64,000 nucleotides of DNA from a virus. The notes under the pieces are model-generated. The model was not told where the DNA came from and searched no databases. It was given only the letters and a program-made list of their open reading frames with translations. Below, in pieces: positions 38,247 through 48,700 of this stretch. Both the position numbers and the translations under genes were made by a program. The stretch lies in the IMG/VR virus record IMGVR_UViG_3300044632_001278, one strand, 5' to 3'. The stretch's first letter is position 1; each line of letters begins with the position of its first letter.

Positions 38247-39635
38247 ATGTCTTGGGGTCCAAATACTAATACAAATCCGCCACCAAATCCTATTGAAAAC
38301 GCATCTGCGCAATCAGATGTTAAAAAGTTCTATAATAGAGCCAACGCAACTCGTCGTGATACAGATAAACAAAAGAATTTTACTGTAACGTTATTGGACG
38401 TTGATACAGCTATTATCAACACATTAGATAGTACTTTAAGACTACAAGTAAACGATAATGGTGAAGTTGTCAAGGTGCCAATTATATATGGCAATCCAGA
38501 AAGATGGTTTGCTATGAAAAAGTTTGGTCATATCAGAGACAATCAAGGCAAAATATTGTTGCCAGCTGTTATGATTCGTAGAAAAAGTGTAGAAAATAAC
38601 AAAGATCTTGCAACATTTAATCGTTATTTGAGTTATGAAACCATAATGAATTATAGCGAGAAAAACAAATATGACAGATTTGATTTGATGAACAAAGGTG
38701 CGTTTGCAAGCAAGCCAACCAAACAAATTTACAGTGTAAGTTTACCAGTTCAAGTAAATATTACATACGAATGTATCATTTGGACTGATTATGTAGATCA
38801 AAACAATAAGCTGTTGGAACAAATCAATTATGCAGCTAAAGATTACTGGGGAGACGCAGAAAGATTTAAGTTCAGAGCCAGAATAGACAGTTATAGCATC
38901 GAACAAGAAATCAATGAAGGTGAAGATCGTAATATCAAAACATCATTTGATATAAATGTCAATGCATATTTGTTAAATGAAAATTACATAACAAATTTAG
39001 ACGGGGTAAAAAATACCACTCAAAAGCTATTTACAGTAAGAAAAGTAATGTTGCAAGAAAATGCAATTGCTAGTGCAGGTGAAATGGAAAACATTTCAAA
39101 CAATATTATTAAGAATAGCAACAATTTAAAAGATAGTCCATTGGATTACACAGATGTAACAGGTCAAGGTACAATGGCACTAAACGTAAATAAAGTAACA
39201 AATTTAGACGGATATAATAAAATACAACCCAGTTTTGAAGGTGTTACCAAAACACCATTTCATCCAGCTCCAAAATCTATCACCGATTATGGAGAAAATG
39301 GTTGGTTAGCATATGATTCTAAATATATCTATGTTTATCAATATCCAGCGGGGTGGTTAAAAAGAGAAATTGCTACATTTGATTATGACTATAATAGTCA
39401 AACCTATATCAGTGGATACGATTGCAATGGCAATCCTATTTACACAACTGCAAATAAAAGACCAATAAATACCGCTTTTAGAGTATTTCAAAGATTTCCT
39501 GACAAATTCTATCATCAAGTACCATATCAATCATCAGATTATGGTGAAGATGGTTGGGTAAGCTACGACGGTAATTATTTTTATATATACAGCGCAGGAC
39601 AGTGGAGAAGAATACCAATTTCTCTATTTAATTAA
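38247..39635 (+). CDS. Tail terminator/sheath stabiliser (T4 gp15-like) with C-terminal extension
   Basis: KVPIIYGNPERW, LPAV, PVQVNITYE; duplicated C-terminal motif DYGE.GW..YD..Y.Y.Y. Confidence 0.7.
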   Translation: MSWGPNTNTNPPPNPIENASAQSDVKKFYNRANATRRDTDKQKNFTVTLLDVDTAIINTLDSTLRLQVNDNGEVVKVPIIYGNPERWFAMKKFGHIRDNQGKILLPAVMIRRKSVENNKDLATFNRYLSYETIMNYSEKNKYDRFDLMNKGAFASKPTKQIYSVSLPVQVNITYECIIWTDYVDQNNKLLEQINYAAKDYWGDAERFKFRARIDSYSIEQEINEGEDRNIKTSFDINVNAYLLNENYITNLDGVKNTTQKLFTVRKVMLQENAIASAGEMENISNNIIKNSNNLKDSPLDYTDVTGQGTMALNVNKVTNLDGYNKIQPSFEGVTKTPFHPAPKSITDYGENGWLAYDSKYIYVYQYPAGWLKREIATFDYDYNSQTYISGYDCNGNPIYTTANKRPINTAFRVFQRFPDKFYHQVPYQSSDYGEDGWVSYDGNYFYIYSAGQWRRIPISLFN

Positions 39636-39691
39636 ATATAATTAATATTTATGTTTTTAACACTTACACGGTGTTACTTAACCGTATCGTT

Positions 39692-39699
39692 ATATTTAT
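39692..39699 (+). promoter_or_regulatory. Putative phage late promoter motif ATATTTAT (representative of about 16 oriented copies)
   Basis: The same motif sits 4-7 nt before starts at 14962, 24250, 34193, 36441, 39705, 49367, 51145, 53162, 56587 (+) and 25697, 34147 (-). Confidence 0.7.
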
Positions 39700-39704
39700 A
39701 AGAA

Positions 39705-42700
39705 ATGTCAACATTAAAGAAAGATCCATGCGAGGTTTCTCCAATAAAATTGGATAATGCTCTGTATGATTATAAAAAATTAACAGCGACTTTTAAAGAT
39801 CCTACCACAGAGCTGTTTCTTAAAATAATCGACGAATTACGTAAAATTATTTATTGTCGAACCAGTTCTCAGTTTTTCAACAATGTTGCTACTAAACAAA
39901 TACCATGCGATCAAAAATCAAAAACTTGGGTATTTGATCATAATTTAAACTCAGATCTAGTATTAATTCAAACATACGACGAGAATTTCAATCAATTAAT
40001 ACCAGAAACAATAGTACTCAATAATGATAATACCGCAACCATAACTTTTTCGTTTGATGCATGCGGATACATCATAGGTGTAAGCGGTAATATCAGCACC
40101 AGTGGTACTTCAGGCACAGGCACCAGTGGTAGTAGTGGTAGTAGCGGAGAAAAAGGATCAGCTGGATCAAGCGGAACAAGCAATACAAGCGGCACAAGCG
40201 GTACAAGCACATCTTCAGGTACCAGTGGTAGTCAAGGCACAAGCGGTACAAATGGTGAGGGTGGTAGTAGCGGTCAAAGTGGCGATATAGGAACCAGTGG
40301 AACTAGTGGAGAAAATGGAAGCAGTGGTACAAGCGGTAGTAGTGGTTTATTAGATGGATCAAGCGGATCAAGTGGTACAAGTACTACAAGCGGTACAACC
40401 GGCACAAGTGGCACAAGAGGATCAAGCGGTAGATCAGGCACCAGTGGAAGCAGCGGAACAAGTGGTAGTAGCGGAACAAGTGGTACTAGTGGTACAAGTG
40501 GTACCAGTGGTACAAGTGGCACAAACGGTACTAGTGGTAGCAGTGGCACCAGTGGTACAAGCGGATCTAGTGGCACAAGTGGTACAAATGGATCAAGTGG
40601 TACAAGTGGTAGCAGCGGATCAAGTGGTACAAGTGGATCAAGTGGTACAAGTGGTACAAGCGGATCTAGTGGCACCAGTGGTACTAGTGGTACGAGTGGT
40701 ACCAGTGGGTCAAGTGGATCGAGCGGATCTAGTGGCACAAGTGGCACATCTGGTATAAGTGGAAGCAGTGGTTCAAACGGCACAAGCGGCACAAATGGCA
40801 CCAGTGGCACAAGTGGTACTAGTGGAACAAGTGGTACAAGTGGTACAAGCGGTACAAGTGGATCATCTGGTAATAGTGGATCATCCGGTAGTAATGGGAC
40901 AAATGGCACCAGTGGTACAAGCGGCACAAGTGGTACAAGCGGTACTAGTGGTACAAGCGGAACAAGTGGTACAAGTGGTACAAGCGGTACAAGCGGTACT
41001 AGTGGATCAAGTGGATCAAGTGGGTCAAGTGGATCAAATGGTACAAACGGCACTAATGGTACAAATGGCACTAGTGGTACAAGCGGCACTAGCGGTACAA
41101 GTGGTACCAGTGGTACAAGTGGATCAAGTGGGTCAAGTGGGTCAAGTGGGTCAAGTGGATCAAGTGGATCTAATGGAACAAATGGTACCAGTGGTACAAA
41201 TGGTACCAGTGGTACTAGCGGAACAAGTGGTACAAGCGGTACTAGCGGATCAAGTGGTTCAAGTGGTTCAAGTGGGTTAAGTGGTTCAAGTGGTTCATCT
41301 GGTACTAGCGGATCGTCTGGCAGTAGCGGAACAAGTGGATCTAATGGCACAAACGGCACAAGTGGTACTAGCGGCACAAGTGGTACTAGCGGCACAAGTG
41401 GTACTAGCGGCACAAGTGGATCAAGTGGATCAAGTGGTACTAGTGGATCAAATGGTACAAGCGGATCTAACGGCACAAATGGCACAAGTGGATCAAATGG
41501 TACAAGTGGAACGAGTGGTACAAGCGGTACAAGTGGTAGTAGTGGAACAAGTGGTACAAGTGGTAGTAGTGGAACAAGTGGATCAAATGGCACAAGTGGT
41601 ACTAGCGGATCAAACGGCACAAGTGGATCTAATGGCACAAGTGGTACTAGTGGTACAAGCGGTACTAGTGGTACAAGCGGTACTAGTGGATCGAGTGGAT
41701 CAAGTGGATCAAGTGGATTAAGCGGTTCAAGTGGATCATCTGGTACTAGCGGATCAAGTGGATCATCTGGTACCAGCGGATCCAATGGAACGAATGGAAC
41801 AAGTGGATCGTCCGGTACTAGCGGATCAAGTGGATCGTCTGGTACTAGCGGATCAAGTGGATCATCCGGTACAAGTGGATCTAATGGAACAAGTGGTACT
41901 AGCGGATCTAACGGTACCAGTGGTAGCAGTGGCACAAGTGGTACAAGCGGATCAAGTGGTACTAGCGGTACAAGTGGATCAAGTGGATCAAGTGGTTCAA
42001 GTGGTTCAAGCGGATCAAGTGGCAGTAGTGGTACTAGTGGATCAAACGGTACTAGTGGTACAAGCGGTACAAACGGTACTAGTGGTTCAAGTGGTTCAAG
42101 TGGATTAAGTGGATCAAGTGGATCATCTGGTACAAGCGGATCAAGCGGTAGTAGTGGATCATCTGGTACAAGCGGATCTAATGGTACAAGCGGTAGTAGT
42201 GGATCAAATGGTACCAGTGGCACAAGTGGCACAAGTGGTACAAGTGGATCTAATGGTACAAGCGGTAGTAGTGGCACAAGCGGTAGTAGTGGATCATCTG
42301 GAACAAGTGGATCTAATGGCACAAGCGGTACAAGTGGTAGCAGTGGATCTTCTGGTATAAGTGGTAGTAGTGGAACGAGTGGCACAAGCGGTAGTAGTGG
42401 AACAAGTGGTAGTAGTGGATCAAATGGCACAAGCGGATCAAATGGTACTAATGGTACTAACGGTACTAACGGTACAAGTGGTACATCTGGTAGTAGTGGA
42501 ACAAGTGGTACTAGTGGAACAAGTGGATCATCTGGAACAAGCGGATCTAATGGTACAAGTGGAACAAGTGGGTCAAACGGTACAAGCGGTAGTAGTGGAA
42601 CAAGCGGTACTAGTGGTACTAGTGGCACAAGTGGTACTAGTGGCACAAGTGGTACTAGTGGATCATCTGGTATAAGTGGAACAAGCGGATCAAACGGCAC

Positions 42701-45700
42701 AAGTGGTACAAGCGGATCAAACGGCACAAGTGGTACAAGCGGTACTAGTGGCACAAGTGGTACAAGCGGTACTAGTGGCACAAGCGGTACAAGTGGTAGT
42801 AGTGGATCAAGTGGTACTAGTGGATCAAATGGCACAAGCGGCACAAGCGGCACTAGTGGTACTAGTGGTACGAGCGGATCTAATGGCACAAGCGGTACTA
42901 GTGGAACAAGTGGATCTAATGGCACAAGTGGTACAAGCGGCACAAGTGGTACAAGTGGGTCAAGTGGATCAAATGGTACAAGTGGGTCAAGTGGATCAAG
43001 CGGTACAAGTGGGTCAAATGGATCAAGCGGTACAAGTGGATCTAATGGCACAAGTGGCACAAGTGGTAGTAGTGGATCTTCTGGTATAAGTGGCAGCAGT
43101 GGTACAAATGGAACAAGCGGCACCAGTGGCGTAAGTGAATCAAGTGGATCAAGTGGAAGCAGTGGTACTAGTGGCACAAGTGGATCCAACGGTACAAGTG
43201 GCAGTAGTGGTACAAGTGGTACAAGTGGTAGTAGTGGTACAAGTGGATCAAATGGAAGCAGTGGCACAAGTGGAAGCAGTGGTACTAGTGGCACAAGTGG
43301 ATCTAACGGTACAAGTGGTACTAGTGGTACTAGTGGTACTAGTGGTACAAGCGGTACTAGTGGTAGTAGCGGATCGTCTGGTATAAGTGGGTCAAGTGGA
43401 TCAAGTGGCACAAGTGGTACAAGCGGATCGAACGGCACCAGTGGGTCAAGTGGATCAAGTGGATCAAGTGGCACAAGCGGATCAAGTGGATCAAGTGGTA
43501 CAAGCGGATCTAACGGTACAAGCGGATCTAACGGTACAAGTGGCACAAGTGGATCCAACGGTACAAGTGGTAGTAGCGGATCGTCTGGTATAAGTGGTAG
43601 CAGTGGAACAAACGGCACCAGTGGTACAAGTGGCACAAGTGGTATAAGCGGATCAAACGGTACAAGTGGTAGTAGCGGATCGTCTGGTACTAGCGGATCA
43701 AGTGGATCTAACGGTACAAGTGGTACAAATGGTACTAGTGGCACAAGCGGTACAAGTGGATCTAATGGTACCAGTGGTAGCAGTGGCACAAGTGGTACAA
43801 GCGGATCAAGTGGTACTAGTGGCACAAGCGGAACAAGTGGAACAAGCGGCAGTAATGGATCAAGTGGCACAAGTGGTATAAGTGGGTCAAATGGTACTAG
43901 TGGCACAAGCGGTACTAGTGGTAGTAGCGGATCGTCTGGTGTAAGTGGATCAAGTGGATCAAGTGGGTCAAGTGGGTCAAGTGGATCAAGTGGGTCAAGT
44001 GGATCAAGTGGTACAAGTGGATCAAGTGGGTCAAATGGTACTAGTGGCACAAGCGGAACAAGTGGATCAAGTGGGAGCAGTGGTACCAGTGGCACTAGTG
44101 GTACGAGTGGATCAAATGGTACCAGTGGAACGAGTGGAACAAGTGGTATAAGTGGGTCAAATGGTACAAATGGTACTAGTGGCACAAGTGGAACAAGTGG
44201 ATCAAGTGGTAGCAGTGGTACTAATGGTACTAGTGGTACAAGTGGTATAAGCGGATCAAATGGCACCAGTGGAACAAGCGGAACAAGTGGTACCAGTGGT
44301 ACTAGTGGTAGCAGTGGTACAAGCGGATTTAGTCGTGATAGTGGTAGCAGTGGTAATAGTGCCACAAGTGGTAGTAGTGGTACAAGTGGTAGTAGCGGTA
44401 CAAGTGGAACAAGTGGTAGCAGTGGTCAAAACGGAACAAGCGGAACAAATGGAACGAGTGGCACTAGCGGAACAAGTGGAACTAGTGGTAGCAGTGGTAG
44501 CAGTGGTATTAGTGGTAGCAGTGGTAGAAATGGAACCAGTGGTACAAGTGGCACAAGCGGAACAAGCGGAACAAGTGGTACTAGTGGTAGCAGTGGTACA
44601 AGCGGATTTAGTCGTGATAGTGGTAGCAGCGGTAATAGTGCCACAAGTGGTAGTAGTGGTACAAGTGGTAGTAGCGGTACAAGTGGAACAAGTGGTAGCA
44701 GCGGTCAAAACGGAACAAGCGGTACTAGTGGCACAAGCGGAACCAGTGGTAGTAGTGGTAGTAGTGGTAGCAGTGGTACAAGTGGTACAAGTGGTACGAG
44801 TGGTCGAAATGGAACCAGTGGTACAAGTGGTACAAGCGGAACCAGTGGTACAAGTGGAAGTAGTGGTACAAGCGGATTTAGTCGTGATAGTGGTAGCAGC
44901 GGTAATAGTGCCACAAGTGGTAGTAGTGGTACAAGTGGTAGTAGTGGAACGAGCGGCACAAGTGGTAGTAGCGGTCAAAACGGAACAAGTGGAACAAACG
45001 GAACAAGTGGCACAAGTGGAACGAGCGGAACAAGTGGTAGCAGTGGCACAAGTGGTCGAAATGGAACCAGTGGAACAAGTGGTAGCAGTGGTACGAGTGG
45101 CACAAGCGGAACGAGTGGTAGTAGTGGTACTGTTGGTACAAGTGGAACAAGTGGTGTAAGTGCTGGTGGAGGTGCTAGTGCTAGTAGTGGAAGTAGTGGT
45201 ATAAGTGGAACTAGTGGTAGCAGTGGTACGAGTGGCACTAGTGGTATTAGTGCTCCTAGTGGTACCAGTGGAATTAGTGGTGGTAGTTTTACTGATCAGC
45301 CTAATTATTTGGTAAAAACTACTGGTCTTACTACGTTACAGAGTGTTAATTTTTTAAGTGTGGATGGTACTACATTAACAGTTGTTGGAACTGTTAGTGC
45401 TACTACATTGATAGAAACGTCTAGTGAAAATACTAAAACGGATATTATGCCTTTATTGCCGCCGCAATTGGACAAGATTGTGTTATTGAATCCGGTGACA
45501 TTTAGGTATAAGAACAACAATGAATTTAGTATTGGTTTGATAGCTGAAGAGGTTGTGAAGATATATCCTGAATTTGTTAGTTATGATGAGTTGGGTAATA
45601 TATCTGGTATAAATTATAGTAAATTGACAGCTGTATTGATACAGGGTGTTAAAGAATTGAAGCAGATAGTTGATGAACAACAAATAACAATAAATCGATT

Positions 45701-45713
45701 GATAAATAAATAA
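39705..45713 (+). CDS. Giant Gly-X-Y (Ser/Thr-rich) fibre protein with C-terminal S74 intramolecular chaperone
   Basis: About 1700 aa of GTS/GSS/GSN triplets; C-terminus SSENTKTDI...LNPVTFRYK...IGLIAEEV...INYSKLTAVLIQGVKEL. Confidence 0.85.
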   Translation: MSTLKKDPCEVSPIKLDNALYDYKKLTATFKDPTTELFLKIIDELRKIIYCRTSSQFFNNVATKQIPCDQKSKTWVFDHNLNSDLVLIQTYDENFNQLIPETIVLNNDNTATITFSFDACGYIIGVSGNISTSGTSGTGTSGSSGSSGEKGSAGSSGTSNTSGTSGTSTSSGTSGSQGTSGTNGEGGSSGQSGDIGTSGTSGENGSSGTSGSSGLLDGSSGSSGTSTTSGTTGTSGTRGSSGRSGTSGSSGTSGSSGTSGTSGTSGTSGTSGTNGTSGSSGTSGTSGSSGTSGTNGSSGTSGSSGSSGTSGSSGTSGTSGSSGTSGTSGTSGTSGSSGSSGSSGTSGTSGISGSSGSNGTSGTNGTSGTSGTSGTSGTSGTSGTSGSSGNSGSSGSNGTNGTSGTSGTSGTSGTSGTSGTSGTSGTSGTSGTSGSSGSSGSSGSNGTNGTNGTNGTSGTSGTSGTSGTSGTSGSSGSSGSSGSSGSSGSNGTNGTSGTNGTSGTSGTSGTSGTSGSSGSSGSSGLSGSSGSSGTSGSSGSSGTSGSNGTNGTSGTSGTSGTSGTSGTSGTSGSSGSSGTSGSNGTSGSNGTNGTSGSNGTSGTSGTSGTSGSSGTSGTSGSSGTSGSNGTSGTSGSNGTSGSNGTSGTSGTSGTSGTSGTSGSSGSSGSSGLSGSSGSSGTSGSSGSSGTSGSNGTNGTSGSSGTSGSSGSSGTSGSSGSSGTSGSNGTSGTSGSNGTSGSSGTSGTSGSSGTSGTSGSSGSSGSSGSSGSSGSSGTSGSNGTSGTSGTNGTSGSSGSSGLSGSSGSSGTSGSSGSSGSSGTSGSNGTSGSSGSNGTSGTSGTSGTSGSNGTSGSSGTSGSSGSSGTSGSNGTSGTSGSSGSSGISGSSGTSGTSGSSGTSGSSGSNGTSGSNGTNGTNGTNGTSGTSGSSGTSGTSGTSGSSGTSGSNGTSGTSGSNGTSGSSGTSGTSGTSGTSGTSGTSGTSGSSGISGTSGSNGTSGTSGSNGTSGTSGTSGTSGTSGTSGTSGTSGSSGSSGTSGSNGTSGTSGTSGTSGTSGSNGTSGTSGTSGSNGTSGTSGTSGTSGSSGSNGTSGSSGSSGTSGSNGSSGTSGSNGTSGTSGSSGSSGISGSSGTNGTSGTSGVSESSGSSGSSGTSGTSGSNGTSGSSGTSGTSGSSGTSGSNGSSGTSGSSGTSGTSGSNGTSGTSGTSGTSGTSGTSGSSGSSGISGSSGSSGTSGTSGSNGTSGSSGSSGSSGTSGSSGSSGTSGSNGTSGSNGTSGTSGSNGTSGSSGSSGISGSSGTNGTSGTSGTSGISGSNGTSGSSGSSGTSGSSGSNGTSGTNGTSGTSGTSGSNGTSGSSGTSGTSGSSGTSGTSGTSGTSGSNGSSGTSGISGSNGTSGTSGTSGSSGSSGVSGSSGSSGSSGSSGSSGSSGSSGTSGSSGSNGTSGTSGTSGSSGSSGTSGTSGTSGSNGTSGTSGTSGISGSNGTNGTSGTSGTSGSSGSSGTNGTSGTSGISGSNGTSGTSGTSGTSGTSGSSGTSGFSRDSGSSGNSATSGSSGTSGSSGTSGTSGSSGQNGTSGTNGTSGTSGTSGTSGSSGSSGISGSSGRNGTSGTSGTSGTSGTSGTSGSSGTSGFSRDSGSSGNSATSGSSGTSGSSGTSGTSGSSGQNGTSGTSGTSGTSGSSGSSGSSGTSGTSGTSGRNGTSGTSGTSGTSGTSGSSGTSGFSRDSGSSGNSATSGSSGTSGSSGTSGTSGSSGQNGTSGTNGTSGTSGTSGTSGSSGTSGRNGTSGTSGSSGTSGTSGTSGSSGTVGTSGTSGVSAGGGASASSGSSGISGTSGSSGTSGTSGISAPSGTSGISGGSFTDQPNYLVKTTGLTTLQSVNFLSVDGTTLTVVGTVSATTLIETSSENTKTDIMPLLPPQLDKIVLLNPVTFRYKNNNEFSIGLIAEEVVKIYPEFVSYDELGNISGINYSKLTAVLIQGVKELKQIVDEQQITINRLINK
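40099..45285 (+). repeat. 9-bp period coding tandem repeat (e.g. ggtacaagt / ggatcaagt), roughly 570 imperfect units
   Basis: Directly visible; higher-order units containing agcggatttagtcgtgat at 44322, 44601 and 44871. Confidence 0.95.
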
Positions 45714-45722
45714 TTATATTAT

Positions 45723-48700
45723 ATGGCAATATTACAAGGTGCTCGAATTACAGGATCAATTATAGCTACAACTTTTATTAAAGCTAGTGGTTTCAGTGGC
45801 AGTTTAACTGCTTCTAGATTGTATGTACAAGGATCGGTTGGTATAGGCACAACAAGTCCTGTTTATAAATTGGATGTAGTTGGTTCTGTGTATAGTTCTA
45901 ATTATTTTTCAGTATTAACCGCAGCAACATATGGTCCAAGTGATAATAGTGCGGCAATGCAAGTGTTTGGATCAACTGGTTCAGGTGGATTAACAAATAC
46001 TATAAAGTTTGTTACAGTTGGTAGTGAAAGAGTTCGTATTGACAACAATGGTAATGTTGGTATAGGTACAACAAGTCCTACGGGAACTTATGGAAAGTTA
46101 AGTGTAGCAGGCGGTATTCGTATATTAGATGATAATAATGCAAAATTAGAAATTGGTAGATATTCAAGTGGTGCATCCAATTCTTATATTAAACTGGGTT
46201 CAAATTCTAATAGTTTAAGAATTACTAATAATACTGATGCGGCTGATATCTTTACTATAGAAAATGGTGGTAATGTTGGTATAGGTACAACAAGTCCTAA
46301 TTATTTAACGGATATACAATCAACAACAAGTCCACAAACTTTAAATTTAAAATTAAATAAAACATCTACAACAAATGACTACGCAGAAATTGCATTTCAA
46401 TTATGGAGTGGCGCCGGTTCAGGAGCAAATACATTTGGCGGATCAGGAACTTCTAGACCAAGCGTGGTTTTAAGAGCATTAAATGAAAATGGAGGTACCG
46501 CTGCAGGTGCTTTTATAGTGGGAACATTTACAGGCGGATCAGATAATTCAACACTGACAGAAAAATTTAGAATTACATCAGTCGGTAACGTAGGTATAGG
46601 TACAACAAGTCCAAGTCAATTATTAGAAGTAGCTGGGTCTAGCCCAATAATTAGAGTATTGGCCACATCAGGTAATTCTACATTAAGATTAACTGATAAT
46701 GGTGTAAGAAATTGGGATCTAAAAGTTGTAGATACTTCAGATTATTTTGAAGTAGGTGGTACATCCGCAACTTCATTGGTTGTAACAGGAGCAGGTAATG
46801 TTGGTATAGGTACAACAAGTCCTGTATTTTCATTGGATGTGACAGGTGGTGTTGGATTAAATACATCTGGAACTGGAGTATCCGTAACAATTGGTGCAAA
46901 TAATACATCTGATAGATATTTACGCATTAGAAATTCAAATGGTAATTTTGAAATTGGAAGTGCTGGAAATCAACATTATTTATATGGTGTTGGTGCTAGT
47001 AATTTCTTTACTATCTACACAAATTCATCCGAACGATTCAGAATTGCAGCCGATGGTAATGTTGGTATAGGTACAACAAGTCCATCACAAAAATTAACTA
47101 TAAATAATGGTTCTTCAACAGGAGCCGGTGCAGTATATCCAATTAGATTATCTGGAGGAACAATGACTAGTGTTGGTGACTCTACTGGTTTATTGTTTAT
47201 ACAAAGAGATGCAAATGATGATTACGGTGCTTATATAAGACTATATACTACTCAAGCCAATCCTCAATATTTAAATCCAAGACTTGAATTTGGTGTACAA
47301 ACTACAGATACAAATGTACTTGGTAGTGTTGTTACTAGAATGGTAATAACAGGAGATGGCGATGTGGGTATTGGTACAACATCACCAACTGCACAATCAA
47401 ACTATAGATTTTTACAAGTTAACGGCACCAATTCGGCGGTTATTGAAACGATGGTTGGTGGTTCAAGAATTGGTGGATTTGATTCAAGTGCATCAGCTTT
47501 GTATGTAGGTTCAATTGGTAGTTATCCTGTTGTATTCAGAACGGCAGTTGATGAAAAAATGCGTATAGCTACAGATGGTAATGTGGGTATAGGCACAAGT
47601 ACTCCTGCTTATAAATTGGATGTGGTTGGTTCTATAAATACAAGCAACTTCATGTTTGTTTCATATCCATATGGCAACGCATTTCCATTACAATTAACCG
47701 CCAATAACTTTCTAAAAGCTGATAACTATTATTATGGAATGTCAATTAATACAGGAGATGTAAATTATATTTCTGGTAAGTTCCTAATTAATGGTGGTAC
47801 ATATAAGAGAGTAGAACTATATGGATACGAAAATAGTGTTGGATATATACCAACCATAATTCCAGGTGGATGTGTTGGTATTGGTACGATAATTACAAAT
47901 TCAGGTTTACAAATACAAACAGAAGGAACAAATACTACGTCTGGTTCATTCTTGTTTGTAAGATCTACAAATTCAAGTTTTGGTGGTGGGGCAATTGGTG
48001 TTGGATATGATTATGCAGCTGCAGTTGGAGCTAATTTCTATCCATTTAGAATTAGAGCTGGTAGTACCAACACTATATTATTGATAAATAGTGCGGGTGT
48101 AGTTTATGCGGGTGATACTACAGGAGCAGTTGCTTATGGTAATCATGACCCATATTATGCTTTTAATCAAGATACCAATACTGGTATGGATTGGGCAGCC
48201 GCTGATACACTAACATTTAAAACAGGTGGTAGTGAAAGAATGCGTATTGCTTCTAATGGCAGTGTTGGCATAGGTACAACAAGTCCTAATTATACACTTC
48301 AAGTTAACGGAACTTTTTACGTAAACAGCACAACATATATGAATGGATCTTTGACAGTTGAAGATTCATTCATAATAGATGGTAGGTTGGCAGGTAGTTT
48401 TGGTACGGGTTCTATACTAATGAAGAGTGGAAATTCTTCTGGTACTTGGAATCAATTTAATATATTTTACTATAAAAACTCAAGTATCGATAGACTCGGT
48501 TTTGTTGATGGTGGTTCTGTAGAAATATTAACTCTAAAAAATGGTGGTAATGTTGGTATAGGCACAACGAGTCCTGTTAATAAATTGCATATAAGTGGAT
48601 CTTCTACAAATTTACCACTTAAATTGGAAGGATTGACAAGTAACGCAACTGGATATTTTCTAACAGTTGATAATACAACCGGCGTTGTATACAAATCTAC

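Noticed and set aside
40274-44365. 1363-aa antisense ORF (PLVPLV...) and the many V/Q/A-rich alternative-frame ORFs
   Set aside because: Automatic by-products of the 9-bp Gly-Thr-Ser repeat lacking stops in other frames; no unique domains or expression signals.
39705-45713. Ice-nucleation protein (InaZ-like)
   Set aside because: The repeat is a 3-residue Gly period, not the 16-residue AGYGST unit, and the S74 domain indicates a phage fibre.
45831-48575. CRISPR array interpretation of the 30-bp repeats
   Set aside because: Spacers are 180-360 bp, in frame and coding; repeats are non-palindromic; no cas genes are present.
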